Positions 1 through 10,486 of a stretch of DNA of 64,000 nucleotides are shown in pieces. The position numbers and the translations under genes were made by a program. Source of the stretch: Desulfomonilia bacterium (GTDB taxonomy: Bacteria; Desulfobacterota; Desulfomonilia; UBA1062); the NCBI GenBank assembly GCA_963664325.2, contig CAXXDQ010000004.1, positions 192,001 through 256,000 of the forward strand, given 5' to 3'. The number at the start of each line of letters is the position of its first letter. Position 1 is the first letter of the stretch. The notes beneath the pieces are model-generated. The model was not told the origin of the DNA and made no database searches. It saw only the letters and a program-made list of their open reading frames with translations.

Positions 1-246
1 AGTTGCGGTGGGGGTTCCAAGCACGGCTTTGATGCCATGCCCGGCAAAAATATCTATGACCTCATCAAAGAGTGAAAAGTCTTGGCACCCTTCCTGCGGC
101 TCCAGAATAATCCATGCGAATTCCATCATGCGCACCAGTCTGACGCCCATTTCCTTCATCCGTCTTGCATCCGATTCCCACAGCGACCTGTCAGCGTGCT
201 CCGGATGATAATCAATGCCGAACTGAAACTCTTTTTCTCCCATCAT
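1..246 (-). CDS. GH42 beta-galactosidase, N-terminal part (runs off window)
   Basis: Manual translation, not in the ORF track: MMGEKEFQFGIDYHPEH...VRMMEFAWIILEP...KAVLGTPTAT matches the GH42 N-terminus (GxDYxPE, EFAW..LEP, LGTPTAT); GGAGG RBS upstream. Confidence 0.85.
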   Translation of the reverse strand, partial: MMGEKEFQFGIDYHPEHADRSLWESDARRMKEMGVRLVRMMEFAWIILEPQEGCQDFSLFDEVIDIFAGHGIKAVLGTPTAT

Positions 247-314
247 TCGCCTCCCTGGCTCAGCCGATATTCATATGAGCATTCCACCCGCATAAATATC
301 ATATCGGCCATGCT

Positions 315-1796
315 TCAAATCTGAAACGGATTCTCCGACGGATAGCGAACCCCATGAGGCAGGTTATAAAATATCCCTGATATTCCCAGCATCTTAAGGG
401 CCGGGAACAGATAACGCCCTGCATGGCTGAACGCGACAGCGGTGTGGTGCGGGAACCGGTGTTCGAGGAGCACATGGCGATAGAACCGCGCCATACCGGC
501 AACGGCAAAGACGCCAGTGCCTCCGAACGTGCGGGGATTCACATCAAGCACCTCGCCTTCGGCAATATAGGCCTTGAGCATGGCGTCTGCTGTGGACTGC
601 AGCCTGAAAACCGTCACATCCCCGGGTCTTAAAGCACCCTGAAGAACCCCTCGCGTGGTATCGGGTTTTTTCCCGTTTTCGATCAGACGGTTCATCAGAA
701 AGTGATTCGTAAGCTTTGCCCCGGCCATGCATGCATAAGGCGTGTTGCCGCAATGGAACCCCATGAAGAGGTCGTCCGCATTGTAGTTTTTTATGCCCTT
801 TTTAGAACCGGATATCATATCAGCTGGCACAGTGTTGTTGATATCCAGAATAGTGGCGGGGAGGTCTGTTGCGCACATGGCCATATACTCGCTCAAGCCC
901 CCGTAGATGTCCGTTTCGCAGGCGACCGGCATGCCGCGCGATGCGAGGCGCGAATTGACATAGCATGGCACAAAACCGAAATATTTCTCAAATGCCGGCC
1001 AGCACTTGTTTGCCATGACTCCGTAAGAGCAGACCCCAAGATTGTCCCGGACGAATCGCGAAAGGGCCAGTTCATATTGAGCCAGCCTGGGCAAAAGATC
1101 AGGATAGGGATTGCCTCCAAGCTCTTTTGCCATGTCTTTGACAATTGCTTTTATCCCGGGGCTTCCTTCTGCGTCCTGATAGCACTTAAGCAGGTCGAGT
1201 TCGCTGTTTTCCATGATCTCCACACCCAGATCATAAAGAGGTTTGATCGGGGCGTTGCAGGTGAGAAAATCATGCGGCCTAGGCCCGAATGCAAATATCT
1301 TAAGATTTTTAAGCCCCAGATGAATCCTTGAAACAGGTATGAATTCCGCGATCATTTCAGTAACTTCTTCAGGAACACCCATGGGATATTCGGGGATGTA
1401 AGGCTTAAGTCCACGCAATCCCAGGTTGTATGAAAGGCTGAGCATTCCGCAGTAGGCATCGCCCCTTCCGTCCATGAGGTTTCCCGAAGACTCCTCGGCC
1501 GCCCCCGCTATCATTACCGGACCGCCAAAACGCTGAACCAGCAGGCTCGCAGGTCCCTCAGGACCGAAATTGCCCAGATAGAGAACAAGGGCGTTGATTC
1601 CCGAATTGTTCATCTCATCCAGAGCGGCAGGGATATCGCGCTCGGTTTCAACAAGAGTTTTCAGCTCGATGACAGGAAGCTTCTTCCTGCTGCAAATCCT
1701 GGCCACCTTGGTCCGCCGCGATTCTGAAAGCGAAGCCGGAAAGCAATCCCGGCTGACTGCGATCAGGCCAATTTTAATATCCGGCATGTTCTGCAT
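315..1796 (-). CDS. L-fucose/L-arabinose isomerase family protein
   Basis: GNFGPE, RGDAYCG, KCWP, CETD, FHCGN, FPHH motifs of FucI-like sugar isomerases. Confidence 0.8.
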   Translation of the reverse strand: MQNMPDIKIGLIAVSRDCFPASLSESRRTKVARICSRKKLPVIELKTLVETERDIPAALDEMNNSGINALVLYLGNFGPEGPASLLVQRFGGPVMIAGAAEESSGNLMDGRGDAYCGMLSLSYNLGLRGLKPYIPEYPMGVPEEVTEMIAEFIPVSRIHLGLKNLKIFAFGPRPHDFLTCNAPIKPLYDLGVEIMENSELDLLKCYQDAEGSPGIKAIVKDMAKELGGNPYPDLLPRLAQYELALSRFVRDNLGVCSYGVMANKCWPAFEKYFGFVPCYVNSRLASRGMPVACETDIYGGLSEYMAMCATDLPATILDINNTVPADMISGSKKGIKNYNADDLFMGFHCGNTPYACMAGAKLTNHFLMNRLIENGKKPDTTRGVLQGALRPGDVTVFRLQSTADAMLKAYIAEGEVLDVNPRTFGGTGVFAVAGMARFYRHVLLEHRFPHHTAVAFSHAGRYLFPALKMLGISGIFYNLPHGVRYPSENPFQI

Positions 1797-1839
1797 GATA
1801 TTCTCCTTTGCAGCCGTTCATGAAGACTTGTTCAGATGG

Positions 1840-2694
1840 CTACTGCGCCGCTTTTCCCGATGCCCTGAACAGATCAAGATAATAGAGGCATCTCTCGTAA
1901 TGTGCTTCCCTGGCTCCCTGGATAATCTTGTGGTAATTGGCCTCGCTTTTTTTCGCCTCATCCTGCATCTTTTTGGTCGATGCCAGCACCAGATCAGTGC
2001 CGATATTGATCTTGGCAATGCCTGCATCAATGGCACCCCTGAACTGAGTCTCGCTCAGGCCGCTGCCGCCGTGCAGAACGAGCGGCGCTTCAACCCGTTC
2101 ACGAATCGTCTGCACAAGTTCGAGATCAAGCCTGGGTTCGCCCTGATAGACGCCATGCGCGGTTCCGAACGCCACGGCCAGACAATCGACACCGCTCTCC
2201 TCCACGAAAAGCTCGGCTTCGGCAGGATCGGTAAAACCCTGCCGCCGGGAACCGAAGGACGTGTAGTCCTGGCCGCTGCCGACATGGCCTACTTCCGCTT
2301 CGACTCCCGCGCCGACAGCATGCGCCTCTCTTACGACAATCCTGTTGGCGGCGATATTTTGATCAAGCGGCAGTTTTGACCCGTCCAGCATGACATCAGT
2401 GAACCCGAAGGCCAGAGCACGCATGCACTGCTCGAAGCTCGTCCCGTGATCCAGCATCAGCGATACCGGAACCGTGACGTCTTTGCAGATTTCACGAACA
2501 AAACTGACATACGCGCCTATTCTGCGGTCATCGATTAAATGTGTGTAGATTCCCAGTATCCCTGGAGCCTTACGCTCCTCGAGCGCGGCAACGATGCCCT
2601 CGACCGCAGTCATTTCACAGAAGTTGAACAACGGAACGGCATACTTACCTTTTTGTGCTTTTTTGAGTTCACTGATCATTGATTGAAGCGGCAT
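1840..2694 (-). CDS. Class II ketose-bisphosphate aldolase
   Basis: LDHG, VMLDGS, EAEVG, AVAFGTAHGVY, LVLHGGSG, KINIGT. Confidence 0.92.
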   Translation of the reverse strand: MPLQSMISELKKAQKGKYAVPLFNFCEMTAVEGIVAALEERKAPGILGIYTHLIDDRRIGAYVSFVREICKDVTVPVSLMLDHGTSFEQCMRALAFGFTDVMLDGSKLPLDQNIAANRIVVREAHAVGAGVEAEVGHVGSGQDYTSFGSRRQGFTDPAEAELFVEESGVDCLAVAFGTAHGVYQGEPRLDLELVQTIRERVEAPLVLHGGSGLSETQFRGAIDAGIAKINIGTDLVLASTKKMQDEAKKSEANYHKIIQGAREAHYERCLYYLDLFRASGKAAQ

Positions 2695-2710
2695 ATATTC
2701 TCCTTATCAC

Positions 2711-3646
2711 TTAATTTGGCAGTTCAATGTTATGCATTTTCAGAAAGGTCACCACATCGGCATACGTGGGGAAACGGTTATGACCGCTCAGGCGTGTGCA
2801 TGTGACGGCGGAAACTGCCGAGGCAAAATCTGCTACAGTCCGTATGTCCCATCCTTTCAGAAGTCCCGTTATATAAGCGCCGTGGAAGACGTCTCCCGCG
2901 CCGGTTGTGTTCACGACAGGCACATCAAAGGCCGGGGTATGGAAGGCCTGGTTTTCAGTTATTGTATAACAGCCGCGCTCTCCAACGGTTTCAACGACAA
3001 TCCTGGGGCCGTCGGCCAGCATCGCCCGGCCGGCCTTCAAGATATCATGCTCGCCCGAATAGGCGGCGGCAAAACCCTCGCCGCATATTACTATGTCGGT
3101 CAGAGCGACAAGCTCCCTTTTCCAGTCAGGGACGGCTTCCGTTGTCTTCCACATGTCAATGACGACTGTCTTGCCTGCTTCCCGCATCCACCGCGCCGCC
3201 TGAAGGCTTGCTTCAGGATAAACACCGTCAAGAAGAAGATAATCAGCCGCAGTAAGATAATTCCGGTCAAGCTCGGCAGGCATTACAGGACTCTCGAGGT
3301 AGTTTGCAAGTATTGCGAAGACACGCTCGCCGGTCTTCTTATTGACATATACGAAGATAACCTGGTTTTCCGGAAAAGACCTTTCTACTATGCGGCTGAT
3401 GTCCACATCATACATCGTCAGCGATTTGCGTTTCAGCTCCGATATGTGATCGTTTCCGATGGTGCCGACAAAACCGGTAGTGACGCCGAGCCTGGAAGCC
3501 GCTGTCATGGCGGTTCCTGCCGGTCCGCCGCCCTGTATGGTGAAGGCGTCAATAAAACTGCCCTTTTCCCATGTCGGCATCTCAGTACATGACAAGACTA
3601 TATCGACACACCTGAGTCCCATACCTATGATCTCAAGTTTTCTCAT
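2711..3646 (-). CDS. PfkB/ribokinase-family sugar kinase (YihV-like subgroup)
   Basis: GGGPAGTA...RLG and NTTGAGDVFHGA signatures; start chosen by RBS (ORF extends to 3673). Confidence 0.9.
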   Translation of the reverse strand: MRKLEIIGMGLRCVDIVLSCTEMPTWEKGSFIDAFTIQGGGPAGTAMTAASRLGVTTGFVGTIGNDHISELKRKSLTMYDVDISRIVERSFPENQVIFVYVNKKTGERVFAILANYLESPVMPAELDRNYLTAADYLLLDGVYPEASLQAARWMREAGKTVVIDMWKTTEAVPDWKRELVALTDIVICGEGFAAAYSGEHDILKAGRAMLADGPRIVVETVGERGCYTITENQAFHTPAFDVPVVNTTGAGDVFHGAYITGLLKGWDIRTVADFASAVSAVTCTRLSGHNRFPTYADVVTFLKMHNIELPN

Positions 3647-3751
3647 ACGCAACCTATCCTTCGGGTTCAGCATCCCCGGGGAAAAATAATTGTGCTGTTA
3701 TATTGATTTCTTTTATTTCATTTATCGTGTTTGTTTTGTTTATTTTATAAC

Positions 3752-3769
3752 ATTTGTCAAGGGACAAAT
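3752..3769. promoter_or_regulatory. Palindromic operator candidate upstream of the sugar operon
   Basis: Perfect inverted repeat ATTTGTC-aagg-GACAAAT overlapping a minus-strand TTGACA in an AT-rich divergent intergenic region. Confidence 0.4.
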
Positions 3770-3822
3770 CAGAAAGACTATGGCAGTGACATGAGGTTTA
3801 ATTTCATATATCTTTTCGCATA

Positions 3823-4182
3823 ATGGACAAATGGATGACGCCTGTCACCACATGCAACAGCTGCACAAGGCATCTGGTGGATCTCTGCTATAAAAGAAGC
3901 CTTGCGTTCAGACTGTTCAGGACGCCGCTCGTTGCAGGCATGAAAATAATGGCCCGGTATCACGGGATCAGCCTCAGGGATTACCCGGTCAGGACCGAGA
4001 GGTGCAGGGATTGCGTCAGGTTCATGAAAAACGCACTAAAGCTGAAATCCCCTGCCTTTGTCCGGCTTAACGACATGATCAACCCATATTTTAACCGCTA
4101 CCGGGATTCATTGGTATCAGCCGGCGAGAAGGCCCGCGCCAAAAGCCTGGCAGCGGAATTCATGGAGTATGAGTCTGACTGA
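3823..4182 (+). CDS. Hypothetical protein with two CxxC motifs
   Basis: 119-aa ORF with CNSC and CRDC. Confidence 0.6.
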   Translation: MDKWMTPVTTCNSCTRHLVDLCYKRSLAFRLFRTPLVAGMKIMARYHGISLRDYPVRTERCRDCVRFMKNALKLKSPAFVRLNDMINPYFNRYRDSLVSAGEKARAKSLAAEFMEYESD

Positions 4183-4256
4183 ATGACAGATAAGGATTTT
4201 TATATATCAATAAAACGCTGCTGCGGTGTAACCTGCGGACTAAATGGGGCATTAAA

Positions 4257-4649
4257 ATGATCGCACGGGGCATATTGATATGGCTGGTTATCATAATGGC
4301 GGAGATACTGCATGGCATTATCCGCGCCAGATTCCTCGTGCCGCGAGTCGGCGACTGGAGGGCCCGCCAGATCGGAGTATTTACCGGCTCTGTTATTATC
4401 TTCGTCATCTCCCTCTTGTCAGTGCACTGGTTACACGCCTCATCCGCGTCCCAGCTGCTTTTTGTAGGGCTTCTATGGGCTGCTCTCACTTCAGGGTTCG
4501 AGTTCCTGTTCGGCCGTTATGTTGCCCGTTATTCATGGGAACGGATATTGTCGGACTTCAATCTGTTCAGGGGAGGGCTCATGCCCCTCGGCCTTGCTGC
4601 AATGGGTCTGTGTCCGTTAGTCGCAGGCCTGTTGCTGGGTGTCATATAG
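4257..4649 (+). CDS. Small integral membrane protein (about 4 TM)
   Basis: Four hydrophobic segments; FEFLFGRY...W..IL.DFN. Confidence 0.7.
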   Translation: MIARGILIWLVIIMAEILHGIIRARFLVPRVGDWRARQIGVFTGSVIIFVISLLSVHWLHASSASQLLFVGLLWAALTSGFEFLFGRYVARYSWERILSDFNLFRGGLMPLGLAAMGLCPLVAGLLLGVI

Positions 4650-4676
4650 GCCGGGAAAAACCTGGCGGCTCTTCCG

Positions 4677-6953
4677 TTACAGCGGTGTTACCCAGTATAC
4701 ATATGCCATTGCTTCGGCTATCTTCGCTTGGCCGTAATCGCTCTGTTCATCATAATATATATCACGCAGCTCCGGTGTATCGAATTCGCCAAAAACACCG
4801 CCCCCGCCTACGGCAAGCTCATCATCGGCGAGATTGAAATATGACATTGGCGGACCGGGTACACCCAGTGTTGGCATCTTTACATTATGATTGGAGATTG
4901 CACTGTCATAGTCTGTGGTCATGACAAGAACATCAGGGAGAACTCTGATCTCGTAGCTGTATTCCCCCTCCCTGTGGTGCCAGACATAGAGGACCGTAAA
5001 CGCATAGCCGTATTTGCCTTTGTTTTCGTATTTAAAATTATAACTGCGGTTCTCGCACTTGCGCATCGTCTTCACGTGCACGCTGGCCGTGGCCGTTCCC
5101 AGGCTCTCCCTCGCGGTGCCCTGCACAAGGACCGCTTCCACGCTTATGGTGTCCGTGCCCTCATTCTTGCCGGCCAGGTAGCTGACCTTGCTGTAAGTGG
5201 TCTCAAAAGATGCCGCTTGTCCCCCACCGTCGGGATTCACGAGCTGGCCGAATGAGCCAGAGGTGCTCCATATATAATGCAGTACCGTACCTGCAGGAAG
5301 CGTCCCGCTGAGGTCGGGCACGCCGGCTTCGAACCAGCAGTAGTCGTCCGTTGCCACGTCCTGCTCCAGGGGCAGAAGCTTTACCTTCGGGGTCGTTGCA
5401 TCGAGGGTCCACACGTCGCAGGGATAGGCCAGGTAGACATTGCCGGTGGTGAGGATTGACGAAACGATCGTTCCGAGCGCATCGACTGCTGTAATGGCTG
5501 AAAACATATGGCTTGCCATGGTGGAGGCCGAGGCGAACACCTGCTGATCAAGCGTTTTCAACACCACATTCACAAGCGCCTGCCTGAATTCGTTGCTTGT
5601 GGCAATGGCATTCATTACGGCTGTCATGGCAGCGTTCAGGTCATGGTTTTCGATGGCTGTCCACAATTCTGGCACCGTGGAGTTTATGACCCCCAGAAAA
5701 TCCTGGAGCACGTTGTCGGCCGTGAGCAGCGTTGTGAGCTGCTTTTGTGACAGGGGTGAATAGGGGACAAGGACATTGGCCAGTATGGGTATCACCAGCT
5801 GCGTTACCACATAGTCAGCGCACAGCTCCTTGTACTTTTCTGTCTGCTTATCATTCATGGGCTGTCCCGCGCCCGTACCCGGACCGACAATTGTAAGGCG
5901 GAAATGCGTCTTATCCGCCCCGCCAGCCATCGGCAGTTCGAAGGGCCCGGTGGTAACCTGTGCAAAGGCCTGCTGCTGTCCCGATATGAGGTCCCAGAGC
6001 GTTCCCACTACCCCGCTGAATCCTTTAACTGACTGTATTTCGAACTCCCGGATATCCTTGTATTCCTGCACCTCCTGCTGATCGGATGCATTCCTGTACC
6101 CGGTCTGCTCGAGGTAGCCATAGGCCGGCCGGATGAACCGGTTGGCGATTTCGAACATGTTTATGCCGGTTGCGATATTGGCGGTAAGCCCGCTCTGCTC
6201 GTCTGCGGGGTTTACCAGAACCGCATTGATGAGATCACCGAGGAGGCCTCCTCCTTGTGAAGCAGCATCAATAGCGGGAACGGCCTGTGATAACATGTTG
6301 ACAGCAAGGCCGCTTTGTTCACTGCCGGTGCCTGCAGAACCCGGTGCTGCTGTCTTGTCTGCTGCAAAGGCGGCCAGCAGGTCCTTGAGGGCCTTGGCTA
6401 TAGCCTCGTTCTTGCCTGCAAACGCCTCGGGATTTGCGGCGATCTCGGTTGCGATGACGCCTGCAAGAGAATCGATCTCAGTGGTGGCCTTCAATGCCTG
6501 GAGTACGGTGTCAAGGGTCTCCGGCGGGAGGCTGAAGAGGCCTGCGGCATAGAAGACGAGTACCTCGGCGGTCGTTCGGACGCTCAGGCCGCGGTCGTCG
6601 CCGGTCCAGCCGAACAGGAGCGGCGTCCCTTCGGAAGTTTCAGCTATTATGAGTACCGGCCCTTCCTGCAAACCCAGGGCCTCAAATGACCCGTCCTGTG
6701 CAACAGGCGAAACGCCCCTTGCAGTGAGCACCTGAAGCGTATCAGGCCCGTAGGCGGCGCCATCCGGGAGGTGAACGGTGCCCGGAACTGAAGCGGGCGT
6801 GTACTGGATTCCCGGTTGCGTCTCTCCGCCGGTGCCGGTCGTGCTGTCCGCCGAGCCGCCTCCGCCGCCCCCGCCGCCGCAGCCTGAAAATGATATGGCG
6901 ATGATGAGAACAGCCGCTGAACAAAAGAATCTTGCTGACCTTACTGTACCCAT
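4677..6953 (-). CDS. Large hypothetical lipoprotein
   Basis: Lipobox FSG-C, Gly-rich linker, strong RBS (AGGAGGAGG), Ig-like beta region near the C-terminus. Confidence 0.75.
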   Translation of the reverse strand: MGTVRSARFFCSAAVLIIAISFSGCGGGGGGGGSADSTTGTGGETQPGIQYTPASVPGTVHLPDGAAYGPDTLQVLTARGVSPVAQDGSFEALGLQEGPVLIIAETSEGTPLLFGWTGDDRGLSVRTTAEVLVFYAAGLFSLPPETLDTVLQALKATTEIDSLAGVIATEIAANPEAFAGKNEAIAKALKDLLAAFAADKTAAPGSAGTGSEQSGLAVNMLSQAVPAIDAASQGGGLLGDLINAVLVNPADEQSGLTANIATGINMFEIANRFIRPAYGYLEQTGYRNASDQQEVQEYKDIREFEIQSVKGFSGVVGTLWDLISGQQQAFAQVTTGPFELPMAGGADKTHFRLTIVGPGTGAGQPMNDKQTEKYKELCADYVVTQLVIPILANVLVPYSPLSQKQLTTLLTADNVLQDFLGVINSTVPELWTAIENHDLNAAMTAVMNAIATSNEFRQALVNVVLKTLDQQVFASASTMASHMFSAITAVDALGTIVSSILTTGNVYLAYPCDVWTLDATTPKVKLLPLEQDVATDDYCWFEAGVPDLSGTLPAGTVLHYIWSTSGSFGQLVNPDGGGQAASFETTYSKVSYLAGKNEGTDTISVEAVLVQGTARESLGTATASVHVKTMRKCENRSYNFKYENKGKYGYAFTVLYVWHHREGEYSYEIRVLPDVLVMTTDYDSAISNHNVKMPTLGVPGPPMSYFNLADDELAVGGGGVFGEFDTPELRDIYYDEQSDYGQAKIAEAMAYVYWVTPL

Positions 6954-7262
6954 ATGATTTCCTCCTCCTGCGATTGGTCAAACGGCATCCCGGATACAAG
7001 CGTCCATGGATGCCTAAATAATCCCTTCACACCCAGTGCCTGCAATACTTACAATATACTATAATTTTTCTGCGATTTCAATGCCCCAGTCTTGCCGAAC
7101 ATTTTCAATAAAGCCTGCATACATTGATAATTGAAGCCATGCCACAGGAGGCTTTCTTTCTCAATCAATGGAATTTTTTTTACAGTCCCGGACTTCAAAA
7201 TAATTGCTCCTTCCGTAAGACTGTCTGTTGGTATATTTTACGGCTGTAAAGGAGGTGCGGTT

Positions 7263-9761
7263 ATGGATGATGAGAACAGGCTCAAGAGCATCAGCAAATT
7301 CAGGGCGGCCCGTGCCGTAACAAGCCAGATGCTGAAGCATCCTTTCCTTAAGGGCAAAATCGGCGAGCTGGAGCCCAACATCTTCTTCGGGTACACCGAT
7401 CATCCGCTCGACAGAAATGCAACCGCACTCATTACGCCTTTTACATTCCTGACCAAGAATGCGGGCAAAAAGGCCTGCTGTGTGCTTAAGGCATCGTTTC
7501 GCAAAAGGCAGGGCAACTCGTTGATCTTTTCCGCCAGAGGTTATGACATCTACAAGGTGCTGGACATCAATTCGATGAGCGAGCACCGCTACAAGATCAC
7601 CGGCAGGACGAGATTTACCCCGCTCACGCTGAGGCTCGATATCCTGAAGGCCGGCACCTACAGACTCCGGCTGGCCCGCGGTGAAGACGTTCCGGACAAC
7701 ATGACCCCCATGACAGTCTCCGACATATCCGAGCCCGGCCTGGCAGTCGATTTCAAGGAAGAGTCCGACAGGTATGTCATTGCAACCTCAAGGCTCAAAC
7801 TCAATATTTTCAAGGAGCGGTTTCGCATCGAGGTCCTCGACTCATCGGGCGGCATTGTCACGGAGACCGGCAGCCAGACAAAGAACGAGTTCCCGTCCGC
7901 CTTTGACGCCTTTCCGCTCGGCTTCATCCGTGACCGCAAAAGCGGGCATACGTACGGAGTCGAATCTTTCGTGCTGTTCCCGGGTGAGGCCGTTTACGGT
8001 CTCGGCGAAGGGTTCGGGCCGGTCAACAGGGTCGGAAGCGCCAAGGGCATGTGGCACATTGAAGGCTACGGCAACACCTCCGGCCGCAACTACAAACACA
8101 TTCCCTTCTTCATGAGCACTCAGGGCTACGGGGTGTTCATCAATGAAAGCGCGCCCGTCACCTTCTGGACCGGCACGCGCGAGGTCTGTAAAAACCAGTT
8201 CGCCGTCGAGTCGGACCTGATAGACTATTACTTCTTCTACGGGCCGTCCTTCAAAAACATCCTTGATGCCTATACGGACCTTACGGGGAAACCCGCCGTA
8301 CCGCCCAAGTGGTCCTTCGGCACATGGATGTCTCGCATCAGCTATTTCACCCAGGACCAGGTCATTCAAACCGCCCGGCGTCTCAGGGAAATGCGCTTTC
8401 CCAGCGACGTCATACACATAGACACAGGCTGGTTTGAAAAGGACTGGTGCTGCGACTGGAAGTTCGACCGAACGCGCTTCCCCGACCCTGAGCGTATGTT
8501 CAGGAAAGCCGCAGAAATGGGATTTCACATATGCCTGTGGCAGACGCCCTATGTAATGGAAGAGACTGCGCTTTACGGCGAAGCCAGGCGCAGGGGCGTA
8601 CTGGCCGAGATGAACGGACCGTTCGTGTTCCTGTATGTCTTTCCGGCGCACCCGATCGATTTCTCAAACAGCGAGGCCGTCGCCTGGTACAAGGAAAGGC
8701 TTAAACCGCTTATCGATATGGGCGCTGCTTCCATAAAAACCGATTTTGGAGAAGGCATAGAGCCGCATATGAAATTTAAAGACTATGGAGGCAGGCAAAT
8801 GCACAACCTTTATCCCCTGCTGTACCAGAAGGCGGCGTTTGAAGCCCTTGAAGAGAAATACGGAGGCGGCGGGGCAGTGCTCTGGGCACGGAGCGCCTAT
8901 GCCGGGGCACAGCGCTACCCGGTGCACTGGTCCGGCGACAACTCCTCCACGTTTGAAAACCTCATCTGCTCGCTCAGGGGCGGCCTCAGCCTCGGGCTCT
9001 GCGGCTTTACCTTCTGGAGTCAGGATACGGGCGGCTTTGTGGGGACTCCGGATGACGAGCTCTACATCCGGTGGGTGCAGCTTTCCATCTTCCAGTCGCA
9101 TATGCGGTTCCACGGCAGCGCATCCAAATTCCGCGAGCCGTGGAACTTCAGCCCTGAAACCCAGGCGATTGTGCGCAAGTATCTTGAGCTCAGGTATTCG
9201 CTCATACCTTATCTCTACACCGAGTCCCGGATTGCGGCCTCATGCGGCCTTCCCGTGCTGCGCCATCTTGTGCTCGATTTTCAGGACGACCCGACGGTGC
9301 GCCACATCGATGATCAGTTCATGTGCGGACGCAGCCTCCTTGTCGCCCCGGTACTCACCCGCAACAGCTTGCGCAAAATCTACCTGCCTGAAGGCGCCTG
9401 GTATGACTTTGCAACCGGCGAGAAATTTGTCGGACCGTGCTGGATAGAACGCGAATCGGACATCCGGACCATCCCGGTCTTTGTCAGGGCCGGAGCCGTT
9501 CTGCCTCTGGCCGCAGCAGCCCAGCACACCGGAGAACTGGGCATTGACGACATGACGCTAATGGTTTTCCCGGATCATGAAGGCTGCGCCGGTTATGAAA
9601 TACTTGAAGGAGACAAACACATAAAAATCGAGGCGCGGCTGGCTGACGGCATGCTAGATGTATCCATGAATCCGGAACCGCCCGGTTTGAAGATCTCCGC
9701 ACCTGAGCAAATAAAGACTGAAGGGGTGCGTATAAACAGCCGGGATATCCCGAAGGATTGA
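7263..9761 (+). CDS. GH31 glycosidase, alpha-xylosidase (YicI)-like
   Basis: YGLGE, YKHIPF, KTDFGE nucleophile motif, HWSGD, WSQDTGGF; AAGGAGG before ATG 7263. Confidence 0.9.
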   Translation: MDDENRLKSISKFRAARAVTSQMLKHPFLKGKIGELEPNIFFGYTDHPLDRNATALITPFTFLTKNAGKKACCVLKASFRKRQGNSLIFSARGYDIYKVLDINSMSEHRYKITGRTRFTPLTLRLDILKAGTYRLRLARGEDVPDNMTPMTVSDISEPGLAVDFKEESDRYVIATSRLKLNIFKERFRIEVLDSSGGIVTETGSQTKNEFPSAFDAFPLGFIRDRKSGHTYGVESFVLFPGEAVYGLGEGFGPVNRVGSAKGMWHIEGYGNTSGRNYKHIPFFMSTQGYGVFINESAPVTFWTGTREVCKNQFAVESDLIDYYFFYGPSFKNILDAYTDLTGKPAVPPKWSFGTWMSRISYFTQDQVIQTARRLREMRFPSDVIHIDTGWFEKDWCCDWKFDRTRFPDPERMFRKAAEMGFHICLWQTPYVMEETALYGEARRRGVLAEMNGPFVFLYVFPAHPIDFSNSEAVAWYKERLKPLIDMGAASIKTDFGEGIEPHMKFKDYGGRQMHNLYPLLYQKAAFEALEEKYGGGGAVLWARSAYAGAQRYPVHWSGDNSSTFENLICSLRGGLSLGLCGFTFWSQDTGGFVGTPDDELYIRWVQLSIFQSHMRFHGSASKFREPWNFSPETQAIVRKYLELRYSLIPYLYTESRIAASCGLPVLRHLVLDFQDDPTVRHIDDQFMCGRSLLVAPVLTRNSLRKIYLPEGAWYDFATGEKFVGPCWIERESDIRTIPVFVRAGAVLPLAAAAQHTGELGIDDMTLMVFPDHEGCAGYEILEGDKHIKIEARLADGMLDVSMNPEPPGLKISAPEQIKTEGVRINSRDIPKD

Positions 9762-9990
9762 CCGCTTAAGCTGTGCGCTCAGGAATATGCTCTATGACGA
9801 CCCCTGCGTTTCGGCAACACCCGGGGACTATAGAAAAAATAAATTTTTTAAAGGAAATTCTTACAGGGCGGCAATCTATGAACTGGTTTAAGGACGCCAG
9901 AACGGATATAATGGAAACAAGAGGCAGGACTTCAGGCAGCCTTAAGGGGGCCTCACGACTGTCGAATGAACAGAGAGGAGGGGATCAATC

Positions 9991-10302
9991 ATGAAAACAA
10001 AATTTAACGTAAACAGCAGGTGCAAATTACTGGTGATTTCAATTGCAGTCTTTGTTTTGTTGTTGTCTGTAAATGCGCCGGCCGGGGAAATCCCCCAGCA
10101 GCAGCTTAGTACCGGGAAATACCAGGCTTTATACCTGGGTGTAAACAGTGCAGGGTTTCATATTATAATGATCGTAAATACCGAAACGGGAAATGTCGAG
10201 AAGAGAATCTTTTATGTCGACACAAACGACAATCAGGACATCTATAACTATGTCACTAAAGAGGCGACTACGATTACCCGTAAAGGGGAGAAAGTAAAAT
10301 AA
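9991..10302 (+). CDS. Small secreted hypothetical protein
   Basis: RBS GAGGAGG, N-terminal signal peptide. Confidence 0.6.
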   Translation: MKTKFNVNSRCKLLVISIAVFVLLLSVNAPAGEIPQQQLSTGKYQALYLGVNSAGFHIIMIVNTETGNVEKRIFYVDTNDNQDIYNYVTKEATTITRKGEKVK

Positions 10303-10486
10303 CGGTTATGGTTCATCCGCCATTTTGATGAACAAAACCCGGGGGCGTTTCCAGATAAATAAGCTGATCGTTCTTCTGTCTGCCCGGCAGCGTCCCGTTG
10401 TATGCCCTGAAATTTTACAGCACCTTGCCCGGCTGCAAGGTTTGCAGCCGGAGTTGAATCAACAGGTTTTGCTTTTTTCCAGCTGC

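Noticed and set aside
7263-9761. Sulfoquinovosidase/sulfoglycolysis assignment
   Set aside because: The nucleophile motif KTDFGE is YicI-like rather than MADFGEY, and the kinase lacks evident sulfonate-binding residues
9860-9960. c-di-GMP-I riboswitch-like GGCAA...GGACGC
   Set aside because: No GNRA-capped P2 stem or convincing P3 could be built
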